A stretch of DNA of 64,000 nucleotides, taken from the NCBI GenBank assembly GCA_023151275.1, contig JAKLJI010000004.1, forward strand, positions 4,946 through 68,945, written 5' to 3'. This DNA is from Bacteroidia bacterium. GTDB lineage: Bacteria; Bacteroidota; Bacteroidia; UKL13-3. Shown piece after piece: positions 50,311-59,495 of the stretch. Positions within the stretch are counted from its first letter, which is position 1, and the number at the start of each line of letters is the position of its first letter. The notes under the pieces are model-generated. The model was given only the letters and a program-made list of their open reading frames with translations, made no database searches and had not been told where the DNA came from. The translations under genes and the position numbers were made by a program.

Positions 50311-51699
50311 TTAATGTTCGTGGTTATGATGGTGTTTCGCATTGTGTTCAGAAACAATGGCGTTAAACTCTTCAATGCTAACCTCTTTAACGTCTTTTGT
50401 GATGGTATTCATCAAATACTCGTTCACCTTAGCTCTTGCTGCAACATTAATCATGCGGCTGCGGAAATCGTCTTTCTTCAACTGTGGCTCAATGATGCTG
50501 TTCAAGAAATCATCTCCTAGGTTCCCCATGTTGTAACCACCAAACATTTGAAGGGTATAGCCTTTTGCAGCTGCGCGGATATCCTCTTCAGTGATTTGGA
50601 TATTGTTGCTCAACAAAATTTTCTCTTCAAGGATATGGTTTCTTAGGTAATTGGCTTCTGGTTTGTAGGCTTCATCAATGTTTTCAGCATTGAATTTATC
50701 CGGATGACGATCCATTAACCAGCGCTTCAAAAATTCATCAGGCAAGGTAATTGAATGCTTGGCAACCAAACTGTCGAACAATTCGTGTTCCAACAAGTGG
50801 TTAGCCTGCTGCTCAAAATAGCCTTGGATTTCGGTTTTGATGCGGGTACGCAATTCTTCTTCAGTGCTAATTGCGCCAGGACCGTAAATTTTATCAAACA
50901 GCTCCTGATTGATTTCAGATTCTGTAGTACGTTTAATTTCGTTCAAGGTAAAACGGAACTCTTTGTTCAAATCAGCAATTCCTGCTTTTTGAACGCCAAG
51001 TGCATGACTCATTTCAACTTCATCGTTGTTGAACAAAGCAAAAATGTTCAAATTCATGCTTGCACCTTTGGTAAGCGCCATTACCGCTTTTTTCAATTCT
51101 TCGTCCTTAATGGTATTTACCGCCAAAGGAACAGAAGGAGCATTAACGCCACCGTCTAAAACTTCTCCACCTTCGTTCAACTCGGTTAAAGAAGCATAAA
51201 CCATGTCATTTTCACCAACTTCCTCAACATCAGTAAGTGTACCCATTTGCTTGCGCATACGATTGATTTCATCATCAACCATTGCTTCGCTAACGGTTAC
51301 GCTGTAATACGGATAGGAATCTGCTGATGAAATATTCAGTTCAATTTCTGGAGTTAATCCAATTTCAAACTTGAAGGTATAAGAAGCAGTTTTGCTTAAT
51401 TCGTCAATTTTGGTGTCTTCTGTCAAAACAGGCTGACCCAAGATATTGAGTTTGTTTTGTTCGATGTAATCGTGAAGCGCATTGCTGGCAACCATATTTA
51501 CTTCTTCAAGTAAAATGCTTTGACCAACCATTTTTTCAATAACACCTTTTGGAGCTTGTCCGGCACGGAAGCCTGGAATATTGGCTTTCTTTCCGTAGTC
51601 TTTCAGCTTTTTGTCGTAGGAAGGAATGAAATCAGTGGGTTCGATTGAAATGGCAATCGTGCCATTGAGTTCGTCTTTTTTGTCAAATGTAACGTTCAT
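50311..51699 (-). CDS. tig: trigger factor
   Basis: The true start is MNVTFDKKDELNGTI at ATG 51699. The track ORF extends upstream, through the tRNA, to 51753. Confidence 0.85.
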   Translation of the reverse strand: MNVTFDKKDELNGTIAISIEPTDFIPSYDKKLKDYGKKANIPGFRAGQAPKGVIEKMVGQSILLEEVNMVASNALHDYIEQNKLNILGQPVLTEDTKIDELSKTASYTFKFEIGLTPEIELNISSADSYPYYSVTVSEAMVDDEINRMRKQMGTLTDVEEVGENDMVYASLTELNEGGEVLDGGVNAPSVPLAVNTIKDEELKKAVMALTKGASMNLNIFALFNNDEVEMSHALGVQKAGIADLNKEFRFTLNEIKRTTESEINQELFDKIYGPGAISTEEELRTRIKTEIQGYFEQQANHLLEHELFDSLVAKHSITLPDEFLKRWLMDRHPDKFNAENIDEAYKPEANYLRNHILEEKILLSNNIQITEEDIRAAAKGYTLQMFGGYNMGNLGDDFLNSIIEPQLKKDDFRSRMINVAARAKVNEYLMNTITKDVKEVSIEEFNAIVSEHNAKHHHNHEH

Positions 51700-51714
51700 G
51701 GTGTTAAAAAAACG

Positions 51715-51796
51715 TGCGGATGGAGGGACTCGAACCCCCACGCCTCTCGGCACCAGATCCTAAGTCTGGCACGGCTACCAATTACGCCACATCCGC
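51715..51796 (-). tRNA. tRNA-Leu (anticodon TAG)
   Basis: My reading of the minus strand gives GCGGATGTGGCGTAATTGGTAG...CCAGACTTAGGATCTGG...long variable arm...GGTTCGAGTCCC...CATCCGCA. That is a 7-bp acceptor stem, a CTTAGGA anticodon loop, a long variable arm and a T-loop GGTTCGAGTCC. No CCA is encoded. Confidence 0.85.
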
Positions 51797-52000
51797 AAGT
51801 GAATAAAGAACTGTGCTTTAAAAATAAAGGACTGCAAATGTAGTCGTTTCCTTTTCATTTCCAAATCTATTCCGATTTTTATTCCTCTTTTTTCCTGATT
51901 ATGCCCTCTTTGTCCGCATCAAACCTCGATATTTTTTATTTTTACTTTTTCTGGTTTCCCCTTTTTTTAACTAGATTGAGCCCAAGCAGAACCCTCCAGA

Positions 52001-54211
52001 ATGGAAACCAAACCTGATCCTATACTTCAAGAAAATCAGCTGATTGTAAAACAATATCGCCTTCTTCTTCGCAGCATCAAGCGTACACTTACTTCACAAG
52101 ATCGAAAAACAATCCGGGAAGCCTTCAACCTAGCCCTTGAGGCCCATAAAAATATGAGGCGTAAAAGTGGAGAGCCTTATATTCTTCATCCCATTGCCGT
52201 GGCCCAGATTTGCGCAGAGGAAATTGGTCTTGGCGTTACTTCGGTTGTAAGCGCACTTTTGCACGATACCGTTGAAGATACCGACATTACCCTGGATTTG
52301 GTAAAGCTTAAATTTGGTGAGCGGGTGATGCGCATTATCGATGGCCTTACCAAAATTTCCGGCGTTTTTGACCAGCCCGACCGCAGCATTCAGGCCGAGA
52401 ATTTCCGCAAAATGTTGCTTACCCTGGGAGATGATGTGCGCGTGATTCTCATAAAATTGGCCGACCGTTTGCACAATATGCGTACGCTTGACTCCATGAG
52501 TCCGAAATCGCAGCTCAAAATCTCTTCAGAAACGGCTTATGTGTATGCGCCACTTGCGCATCGACTGGGTCTGTACGCTATCAAAACCGAGCTCGAAGAT
52601 TTGAGTACCAAGTATTTGGAGGCTGATAATTACAATTTTGTTAAGAACAAACTCAACGAAACCAAAACCCAGCGAAACAAATACATCAAAAATTTTATCG
52701 AACCTATTATTGGTGACCTTGATGCTGCCGGATTGGTTTATGAAATCAAGGGAAGACCCAAAAGCATTCATTCCATCCTCAACAAAATGAAAAAGCAAAA
52801 CATACCCTTTGAGGAGGTGTATGATTTGTTTGCTATTCGAATCATCATTGATACTGAATACGAATTTGAAAAATCGGATTGCTGGAAGGTTTACTCGTTG
52901 GTTACCGACCACTATACGCCCAATCCCGACCGTTTGCGAGATTGGGTAAGTACTCCAAAGGCCAATGGATACGAGAGTTTACATACCACTGTAATGGGGC
53001 CTTCTGGTCGTTGGGTTGAAGTGCAAATTCGTTCAAAACGCATGGATGAAATTGCCGAAAAAGGATTCGCCGCCCATTGGAAATACAAAGATGCTGCCCA
53101 AAACAACGACAATGGCTTGGAGAGCTGGCTCGCTCGCGTTCGTGAAATTCTTGAAAGCCCTGAAAGCAATGCCCTTGAGTTTCTCGATGATTTTAAACTC
53201 GCGCTTTATACCGATGAAATTTTTGTGTTTACGCCCAAAGGCGACCTTCGGAAAATGCCTGCCGGCTCAACCGTTCTCGATTTTGCATTCGATATTCATA
53301 CCGATTTAGGCGGAAAATGCATCGGAGCAAAACTGAATAACAAACTTGTTCCCAATACCCATAAGCTGGCCAATGGCGATCAGGTTGAAATTTTAACTTC
53401 GGCCAAGCAAAAGCCCAATGAAGAATGGCTAAACCATGTGGTTACAGCCAAAGCCAAGGCCAAAATCCGCGATTACTTCAAACAACTTAAGCTGGAAGCG
53501 GCTTCCATGGGTAAGGAAATTTTGGAACGTAAATTCAGGAACGCAAAGATTGCGTTCACTTCCGAAGCCCTACAGGATTTAATCAAACACCTCAAGATAA
53601 AATCCGTTTCTGAGCTGTATTACCTCATCGCCACCGAGAAAATAGACCGCACCAAGCTGGATATCAGTGCTATTTTGTTGGCTGAAAAAAGTAAGCCGGT
53701 CGAGACTCAAAATCAATCCAAACCCAAACCACAGGCTGCACATGCCAACGATGCCATTATTCTTGGCGACAATGAAGTTGAACTGGATTACTCCTTTTCT
53801 AAATGCTGCAATCCCATTCCGGGTGACGAGATTTTTGGATTCATCACGGTAGGTGAGGGGGTTAAAATTCACCGCACCAATTGCTCAAATGCACTTGGGC
53901 TTATGAGCAATTACGGGTACAGAATCATTCGTGCCAAATGGGCCGATGATGCCCTAAATCATGGAAAGGCATTTCTTACCTCCATTCGCGTTGCCGGAAT
54001 CGACAGCGTTGGAATTGTGAGCTTGATTGCAGATATCATTTCCAGACAACTGAATATCAATATGAAATCCATTTCCATAACCTCCAATGAAGGCTCATTT
54101 GAAGGCTCCATTGATTTGGAAGTGCACGATACCGGTCAACTTGAGAATATCATGACGGCCATAAAAAATTCAAGCCCGCTTATCAGCGTAAGCCGCGTGG
54201 ATTTAAGTTGA
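52001..54211 (+). CDS. bifunctional (p)ppGpp synthetase/hydrolase (RSH; RelA/SpoT family)
   Basis: HD domain (HDTVEDT), synthetase domain, TGS domain and ACT domain. 736 aa. Confidence 0.9.
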   Translation: METKPDPILQENQLIVKQYRLLLRSIKRTLTSQDRKTIREAFNLALEAHKNMRRKSGEPYILHPIAVAQICAEEIGLGVTSVVSALLHDTVEDTDITLDLVKLKFGERVMRIIDGLTKISGVFDQPDRSIQAENFRKMLLTLGDDVRVILIKLADRLHNMRTLDSMSPKSQLKISSETAYVYAPLAHRLGLYAIKTELEDLSTKYLEADNYNFVKNKLNETKTQRNKYIKNFIEPIIGDLDAAGLVYEIKGRPKSIHSILNKMKKQNIPFEEVYDLFAIRIIIDTEYEFEKSDCWKVYSLVTDHYTPNPDRLRDWVSTPKANGYESLHTTVMGPSGRWVEVQIRSKRMDEIAEKGFAAHWKYKDAAQNNDNGLESWLARVREILESPESNALEFLDDFKLALYTDEIFVFTPKGDLRKMPAGSTVLDFAFDIHTDLGGKCIGAKLNNKLVPNTHKLANGDQVEILTSAKQKPNEEWLNHVVTAKAKAKIRDYFKQLKLEAASMGKEILERKFRNAKIAFTSEALQDLIKHLKIKSVSELYYLIATEKIDRTKLDISAILLAEKSKPVETQNQSKPKPQAAHANDAIILGDNEVELDYSFSKCCNPIPGDEIFGFITVGEGVKIHRTNCSNALGLMSNYGYRIIRAKWADDALNHGKAFLTSIRVAGIDSVGIVSLIADIISRQLNINMKSISITSNEGSFEGSIDLEVHDTGQLENIMTAIKNSSPLISVSRVDLS

Positions 54212-54283
54212 TTTCTGCCTTGGGCCTTAAATTCAATTTCCGTCCTAAAGCGTCAACCCTTATCTTCGCAACTTCAATTTGCT

Positions 54284-54787
54284 ATGAGTACTGAAAATCA
54301 GCAATTACAGGATCAAATCAAAGCCGAGGTACGCCAGAAATTCATCGAGTTCCTGGAATACCATCAGCAACGCAAAACCCCCGAGCGTTTTGCAATCCTT
54401 GATGAAATCTACTCAAACAAAGAGCATTTTGATGTTGAAACACTCTTCGAGCACATGAAAAACCGCAACTACAGAGTTAGTAGAGCAACAGTGTACAATA
54501 CACTCGACCTCCTTCTCGATTGCGGCCTGGTAATCAAACACCAGTTTGGACGAAACATCTCGCGCTATGAACGCGCATACGGTTTCCGCCAACACGATCA
54601 CCTCATTTGCAATGTGTGCAACGATGTGCTTGAGTTCTGCGACCCCAGAATCCAGCAAATCAAAAGCACCATGGGAGACTTAATGAAATTTCAGATAACC
54701 AATCACTCATTATATTTATTCGGTCAGCCACAGGTAGATGCCAATCAGCAATGCCTCAACTGCCGCAAAACAGTTAAACAGGATTAG
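54284..54787 (+). CDS. Fur-family metal-responsive transcriptional regulator
   Basis: Winged-helix N-terminus. HDHLICNVCNDV...CLNC metal-site motifs. Confidence 0.8.
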   Translation: MSTENQQLQDQIKAEVRQKFIEFLEYHQQRKTPERFAILDEIYSNKEHFDVETLFEHMKNRNYRVSRATVYNTLDLLLDCGLVIKHQFGRNISRYERAYGFRQHDHLICNVCNDVLEFCDPRIQQIKSTMGDLMKFQITNHSLYLFGQPQVDANQQCLNCRKTVKQD

Positions 54788-54792
54788 ATTTT

Positions 54793-56055
54793 ATGGTAGA
54801 TGTTGTTCTCGGCCTCCAATGGGGTGATGAAGGAAAAGGAAAAATTGTTGATGTGCTAACCCCGGAGTACGACGTGGTTGCTCGTTTTCAGGGTGGTCCA
54901 AATGCTGGCCATTCGCTCGAATTTGGAGGTAATAAATACGTGCTCAATACCATTCCTTCGGGTATTTTTCATGAACATTGCATCAATATCATCGGCAATG
55001 GCGTAGTGGTTGATCCGGTTCAACTCAAAAAGGAAATCGAAAAGGCCTCAGCTACCGGTGTAGATATCAGTAAAAACCTCTACATCTCACAAAAGGCTCA
55101 CCTCATTTTGCCAACTCACCGCTTGGTAGATGCGGCCTCCGAAGCCAAAAAAGGCGAACACAAAGTGGGTTCAACGCTGCGTGGTATCAGCCCAACTTAC
55201 CAAGATAAAATTGGTCGTAGTGGATTGCGAATTGGCGATATTCTTTCGCCTGATTTCAACAAGAAGTACAGAAATGCTGCCAATATTCACTGCGAACTGC
55301 TCAACTCCTTAGGTTTTGAATACAACCTAAACGACCACGAGCCGGCGTTTTTTGAAGCCGTTGAATACATCAAGCAGTTTAAAATTATCAATAGCGAATA
55401 CTTTGTAAACAACCTCATCAGCCAGGGCAAAAAAATCCTGGCAGAAGGTGCACAAGGTACTTTGCTCGATATCGACTTTGGCTCTTACCCATTCGTTACT
55501 TCTTCCAATACAATCACCGGCGGAGCTTGCTCCGGTTTGGGTATCGCGCCACAGCATATTCAAAAAGTATATGGCATTTTTAAGGCCTATTGTACCCGCG
55601 TGGGCAATGGACCTTTCCCAACCGAACAGGAAAATGAAACCGGTGAAATGCTTCGCAAATTAGGCCATGAGTTTGGTGCAACAACAGGTCGCCCCCGCCG
55701 CACAGGCTGGCTCGATTTGCCAACTTTACGCTATGCCATTATGCTCAATGGCGTTACTGATTTAATTTGCACCAAAAGCGATGTGCTTAGCGGCTTCGAA
55801 GAGGTATTGGTTTGCGATAGGTATGCCATCAACGGACAAGAAACCAACGAAATTCCATTCAGTCTTCAGGATGTAAATGCAGAGCCCTTATACCGCAATT
55901 TCCCGGGATGGACAGGCGACCTGAGCAAAATCAGAACCTATTCCGATTTGCCTGAAACTTTCCGCAAATACATGAGCTATGTAGAAGGCCAAATTGGCGT
56001 TCCGGTAAATGTAATTTCGGTAGGTCCCGACCGCGAAGAAACCATCCGTCGCTAA
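54793..56055 (+). CDS. purA: adenylosuccinate synthetase
   Basis: QWGDEGKGK P-loop. 420 aa. Confidence 0.95.
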   Translation: MVDVVLGLQWGDEGKGKIVDVLTPEYDVVARFQGGPNAGHSLEFGGNKYVLNTIPSGIFHEHCINIIGNGVVVDPVQLKKEIEKASATGVDISKNLYISQKAHLILPTHRLVDAASEAKKGEHKVGSTLRGISPTYQDKIGRSGLRIGDILSPDFNKKYRNAANIHCELLNSLGFEYNLNDHEPAFFEAVEYIKQFKIINSEYFVNNLISQGKKILAEGAQGTLLDIDFGSYPFVTSSNTITGGACSGLGIAPQHIQKVYGIFKAYCTRVGNGPFPTEQENETGEMLRKLGHEFGATTGRPRRTGWLDLPTLRYAIMLNGVTDLICTKSDVLSGFEEVLVCDRYAINGQETNEIPFSLQDVNAEPLYRNFPGWTGDLSKIRTYSDLPETFRKYMSYVEGQIGVPVNVISVGPDREETIRR

Positions 56056-56080
56056 ATCAAATTCATTTTCAGATTTGGTG

Positions 56081-56283
56081 GGCCTGCCTTTTGGGCCTCG
56101 GCAACTTCATGCACGAAGTAAATTCCTGCCGCCCAAAAGGCCGGGTCATCCGCCTGTACTCCTCGGCCGGGGATTAAGCGTCTGCATGGCTGCTGTCGGG
56201 GCTTCCTGCGGTCGCCCGCCCTCAGCCGCATCCGCTAAATCCCCGTCCTGTGGGGTACTGTCTCCTGCCCCTCAGGCAGAGGG
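56081..56283 (+). repeat. GC-rich about 200-nt element, copy B (same family as 4251-4450)
   Basis: See copy A. It lies 25 nt downstream of the purA stop and immediately upstream of the ATPase/DUF4276 islet. The overlapping 71-aa ORF is judged spurious. Confidence 0.6.
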
Positions 56284-56507
56284 AAGGTGATCTTAATTCT
56301 AAAGGTGCTAGAAAATGGAAGGAATTTTGAAATGACTTCGAAAAAAAATTGCCTCATTTTTTGATGTCAAACAGGTAGTCTTGTTATTGTCCTGAATCTC
56401 TGGAGTTGCATCATTCAAAGTGGAAGAGTTTAGAATTGTACTTTCTATGGCTTTCTTTTCAAAAACGAGTACGTTAACCTAGTTTCGGGAGGTTGAATTG
56501 TTAAAAT

Positions 56508-57698
56508 ATGCGAATTGAGAGTATTACAATCGAAAACTATAAGGTTTTTAAAAACACCACAATAAAGAATCTTCCAAGGATGTCAGTTTTTTTAGGCCCA
56601 AATGGTTCAGGAAAATCCACCTTTTTTGATGTTTTTGGCTTTCTAAGCGATTGTTTGCAAAACAATGTCAACATTGCCATAAACAGAAGAGGAGGTTTCC
56701 ACGAATTAATTTCTAGGGATACTGACCATTCCAAAAATATTAAGTTTGAGGTGAAGTTTAGAAATCCTATTCCTAATGAAGATCGACCTCCGTTAGTTAC
56801 TTATTACATCGAAATTGGATTCAATCAAGGAAGGGCCTTTATTAATAAAGAGGTTCTAAAATACCGAAGAGGTCAATATGGAAAACCTTGGCATTTTTTG
56901 GACTTTTCAAACGGTGAAGGATATGCTATTTCAAATGAGGATGAGTATGATTCAAATGAAAGTAAAGAAAAAAGGGAATTCCAAAAGGTAGCGAGTCCTG
57001 ATATTATGGCTATTAAGGGTTTAGGGCAATTTGAGAAATACAAAGTATTAAGTGCTTTTCGGACTTTGCTTGAGCGTTGGTATGTTTCAAACTTTAAAAT
57101 AGAATATGGTAGGAATTTATCAGAAACAGGAATCAGTGAACATTTATCTGTTACAGGGCATAACCTCGCACAGGTTACAAAATATTTGTACGATTACCAT
57201 AGAGATACATTTAATAAAATTTTAGAAAAATTACCAAGACGCATTCCTGGAATAAATAAAGTCGAAGCGAAGGAAACAGAAGATGGAATGATTTTACTAA
57301 AATTTCAGGATAAAAGCTTCACGAATCCATTTTTATCAAAATTCGTATCCGATGGTACCATTAAAATGTTTGCCTTTTTGATATTATTAAACGATCCAAA
57401 CCCTCATCCTCTTTTGTGTATTGAAGAACCAGAGAATTTTCTTCATCCGGATTTGCTCTTACAGTTGTGTGAAGAAATACGGGAGTATGCAGAAAGAGGG
57501 GGACAGGTTTTGGTATCTAGTCATTCTCCTGATTTTGTAAATGGGGTAAGAGTAGAAGAACTATTTTTTCTAGTAAAAAAAGATGGGTTTAGCGAAATCA
57601 GGTCCGCATTTGAAGATGAGACAGTAAAAGAACTTGCAAAGGAGAACCAGCTTGGTTGGCTTTGGCGCAACAATTACATCAACGGTGCCAATCTATGA
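56508..57698 (+). CDS. SMC/ABC-type ATPase (AAA_15/AAA_21-like), the ATPase component of a two-gene OLD-like module
   Basis: The N-terminus IESITIENYKVFKNTTIKNL..FLGPNGSGKST has a RecF/SMC-like Walker A. The C-terminus has the Walker B LLCIEEPENFLHP and the H/D-loop VSSHSPDF. Its stop overlaps the start of the next gene (ATGA). Confidence 0.75.
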   Translation: MRIESITIENYKVFKNTTIKNLPRMSVFLGPNGSGKSTFFDVFGFLSDCLQNNVNIAINRRGGFHELISRDTDHSKNIKFEVKFRNPIPNEDRPPLVTYYIEIGFNQGRAFINKEVLKYRRGQYGKPWHFLDFSNGEGYAISNEDEYDSNESKEKREFQKVASPDIMAIKGLGQFEKYKVLSAFRTLLERWYVSNFKIEYGRNLSETGISEHLSVTGHNLAQVTKYLYDYHRDTFNKILEKLPRRIPGINKVEAKETEDGMILLKFQDKSFTNPFLSKFVSDGTIKMFAFLILLNDPNPHPLLCIEEPENFLHPDLLLQLCEEIREYAERGGQVLVSSHSPDFVNGVRVEELFFLVKKDGFSEIRSAFEDETVKELAKENQLGWLWRNNYINGANL

Positions 57699-58270
57699 AA
57701 TTCATCCATATTTTCGTTGAAGAACCTTCAATAAAGCGAGTGCTTGATGTGATTATTCCGAAGTTGTTACCTGAAGGCGTATTTTATTAGGTTTATCCAC
57801 ATCAGGGGAAGCAGGTCCTTGAAAAAGCAATTATTTCCGCTCTTCCAAGTCTTAGTATGATCCCAGGTTCACGAATAATAATTTCACGAGATCAAGATAG
57901 TGCGGATTGTAAGGAAATAAAAAATAGGCTTGAGCAAATTGCACAGGGCAGGCTATCCTGTCCTTTTAAAATTCGGATTGTTTGCAGGGAGCTTGAAAGC
58001 TGGTTTTTAGGGGACCTCTCTGCATTGGCTAAAACCTATCCTAGATTTAAACCAGAATCAATCTCCCATAAAAGTGAATTGCGTTTTGTAGACGAAATTT
58101 TCAAACCATCTACTTTGCTACTAAAGGTTATCCCTGAATATGCACAATTTGCTTTCCTGCCTAAAATTGAAAATGCTGAGAAAATAGCTCCTAATCTGGA
58201 TTTGAATAGGAATACTTCGAGTAGTTTTATTCAAATGATACAAGCGATTAAATATTTAGCAGAGATTTAA
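57695..58270 (+). pseudogene. DUF4276-family (TOPRIM-like) gene interrupted by a single in-frame TAG at 57788-57790
   Basis: Continuous reading from ATG 57695 gives MKFIHIFVEEPSIKRVLDVIIPKLLPEGVFY, then a stop, then VYPHQGKQ...SMIPGSRIIISRDQDSADC.... The track ORF 57857-58270 is the downstream part. The N-terminal pattern MK.I.IFVEE....L..I.P.L matches the remembered DUF4276 N-terminus. The FVEE and RDQD motifs are TOPRIM-like. Confidence 0.55.
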
Positions 58271-58434
58271 GTTGGAATAGAGAATCGTCTTCGATAATGT
58301 AATTGGTTGCTGTTTTTTTAGCAAAGGAATTACGAATAAACCTTGGTGCCAGAAGACCACTCAATTCATTTCAACTAATTTATTGAGGGAGAATTTCGTT
58401 AAGCCCTTTTCGGAGTTATCGAGAAAAAGTATGT

Positions 58435-58788
58435 TCAATGGCTGTCGGATTTCGCTTCTTGCTCGTCTCTTTTTGAATCATAAAAAAGAATACCTACCCG
58501 TTGAATGTGGTTGATAAACTCAGGGTTGTTAAGCGAAGTAAAATCAACCAAATCTACAGCTACTGGTAGGCTGCTTTCGGCACAATCTGCCAATATTCGG
58601 CTTATGGTTTTGGGTTGTAACCCGGTATTCATTACCGCCAGGTCAATATCACTGCCAATAGTATAATTTCCTTTCGCCCTGCTTCCAAAAAGATGTACCT
58701 CCTTAACATCGGTATATTTTTTAAAAATGGCATACAATTCCCCAATGTTTCGCTCTGTTAGGCCGAATTTGTTCTGTTCTTTACTCAT
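58435..58788 (-). CDS. minimal nucleotidyltransferase (MntA/HI0073-like antitoxin)
   Basis: LFGSRAKGNYTIGSDIDLAV is a GSx9-13DxD pol-beta nucleotidyltransferase motif. Confidence 0.8.
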   Translation of the reverse strand: MSKEQNKFGLTERNIGELYAIFKKYTDVKEVHLFGSRAKGNYTIGSDIDLAVMNTGLQPKTISRILADCAESSLPVAVDLVDFTSLNNPEFINHIQRVGILFYDSKRDEQEAKSDSH

Positions 58789-58802
58789 CTAATCTCATCA
58801 AA

Positions 58803-59225
58803 CTAGTTAGCTTGTGATTCATTAATTTGTTGCTGAAAGAATTCGTAAAGTGCTTTTAATGCCGGAAAGGTTTCTTGGCGTAATTGCTCTTCTGCACGTT
58901 CAAACTTTTGACCATCATAATCGTGCGATAGTTCATTTCGTAGGTCCAGCCCGTCTATTAACTCTTGCGCATAGCCAATATAGCCGCCTTCTTGCGCCTT
59001 CCTAAAGGTGTCTTTAGGCGAAGGTTTAAATGCAAAGCCCTTTTCTACTAGAAAATCTTTTGTAGTTTTCCAAGCCAGTTCCAGGGTGAATTCAAAGCGC
59101 TGAACCAGCCCATTTCGTTCCAGTTCGTTTAATTCATCTTCTGCCATAGCCTCACTCAGACGATTAAACGCTCTCTCGAAATTGGCAAATCGTTGTTTCC
59201 AGCGTATGTCTTTTTCTTCCATCAT
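58803..59225 (-). CDS. HEPN-domain protein (nucleotidyltransferase-substrate-binding, HI0074/HepT-like toxin)
   Basis: Rx4-6H motif (RNELSHDY) in an about 140-aa all-helical protein, adjacent to the minimal nucleotidyltransferase. Confidence 0.75.
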   Translation of the reverse strand: MMEEKDIRWKQRFANFERAFNRLSEAMAEDELNELERNGLVQRFEFTLELAWKTTKDFLVEKGFAFKPSPKDTFRKAQEGGYIGYAQELIDGLDLRNELSHDYDGQKFERAEEQLRQETFPALKALYEFFQQQINESQAN

Positions 59226-59446
59226 TCAATTTGCTCTTTAAATCTACCAACTTCTATTATCCAAATAAATCAGTAATCTCTTGGTAATCAAAAATTATTC
59301 CCATAGGTTCTCCAAAAGTTGGCTGTGATTGTTTAAGCTGGGTCGACATAAGGCAAATTTACATCTTATCGGCAATAACACTCCATTTGCCAATTTCCTT
59401 CTCAGAATTGCGGAGCATCATTGATGTTGAGTTGATTGTAATGGCT

Positions 59447-59490
59447 CAAAAAAAATCCTGCTAGCCTTTAACTAACAGGATTATTTTTCG
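59447..59490 (-). terminator. rho-independent terminator of the SIMPL-domain gene
   Basis: atcctg-(loop)-caggat with T8 on the minus strand. Confidence 0.55.
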
Positions 59491-59495
59491 AGGAT

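Noticed and set aside
51700-51753. Upstream extension of the trigger-factor ORF (MPRGVGVRVPPSARFFNT...)
   Set aside because: The extension runs through the tRNA-Leu gene. The canonical trigger-factor N-terminus begins at the internal Met (ATG 51699).
56075-56290. 71-aa ORF (MVGLPFGPRQ...) overlapping GC-rich element copy B
   Set aside because: Same reasoning as for copy A. The nucleotide-level conservation is not kept in frame.
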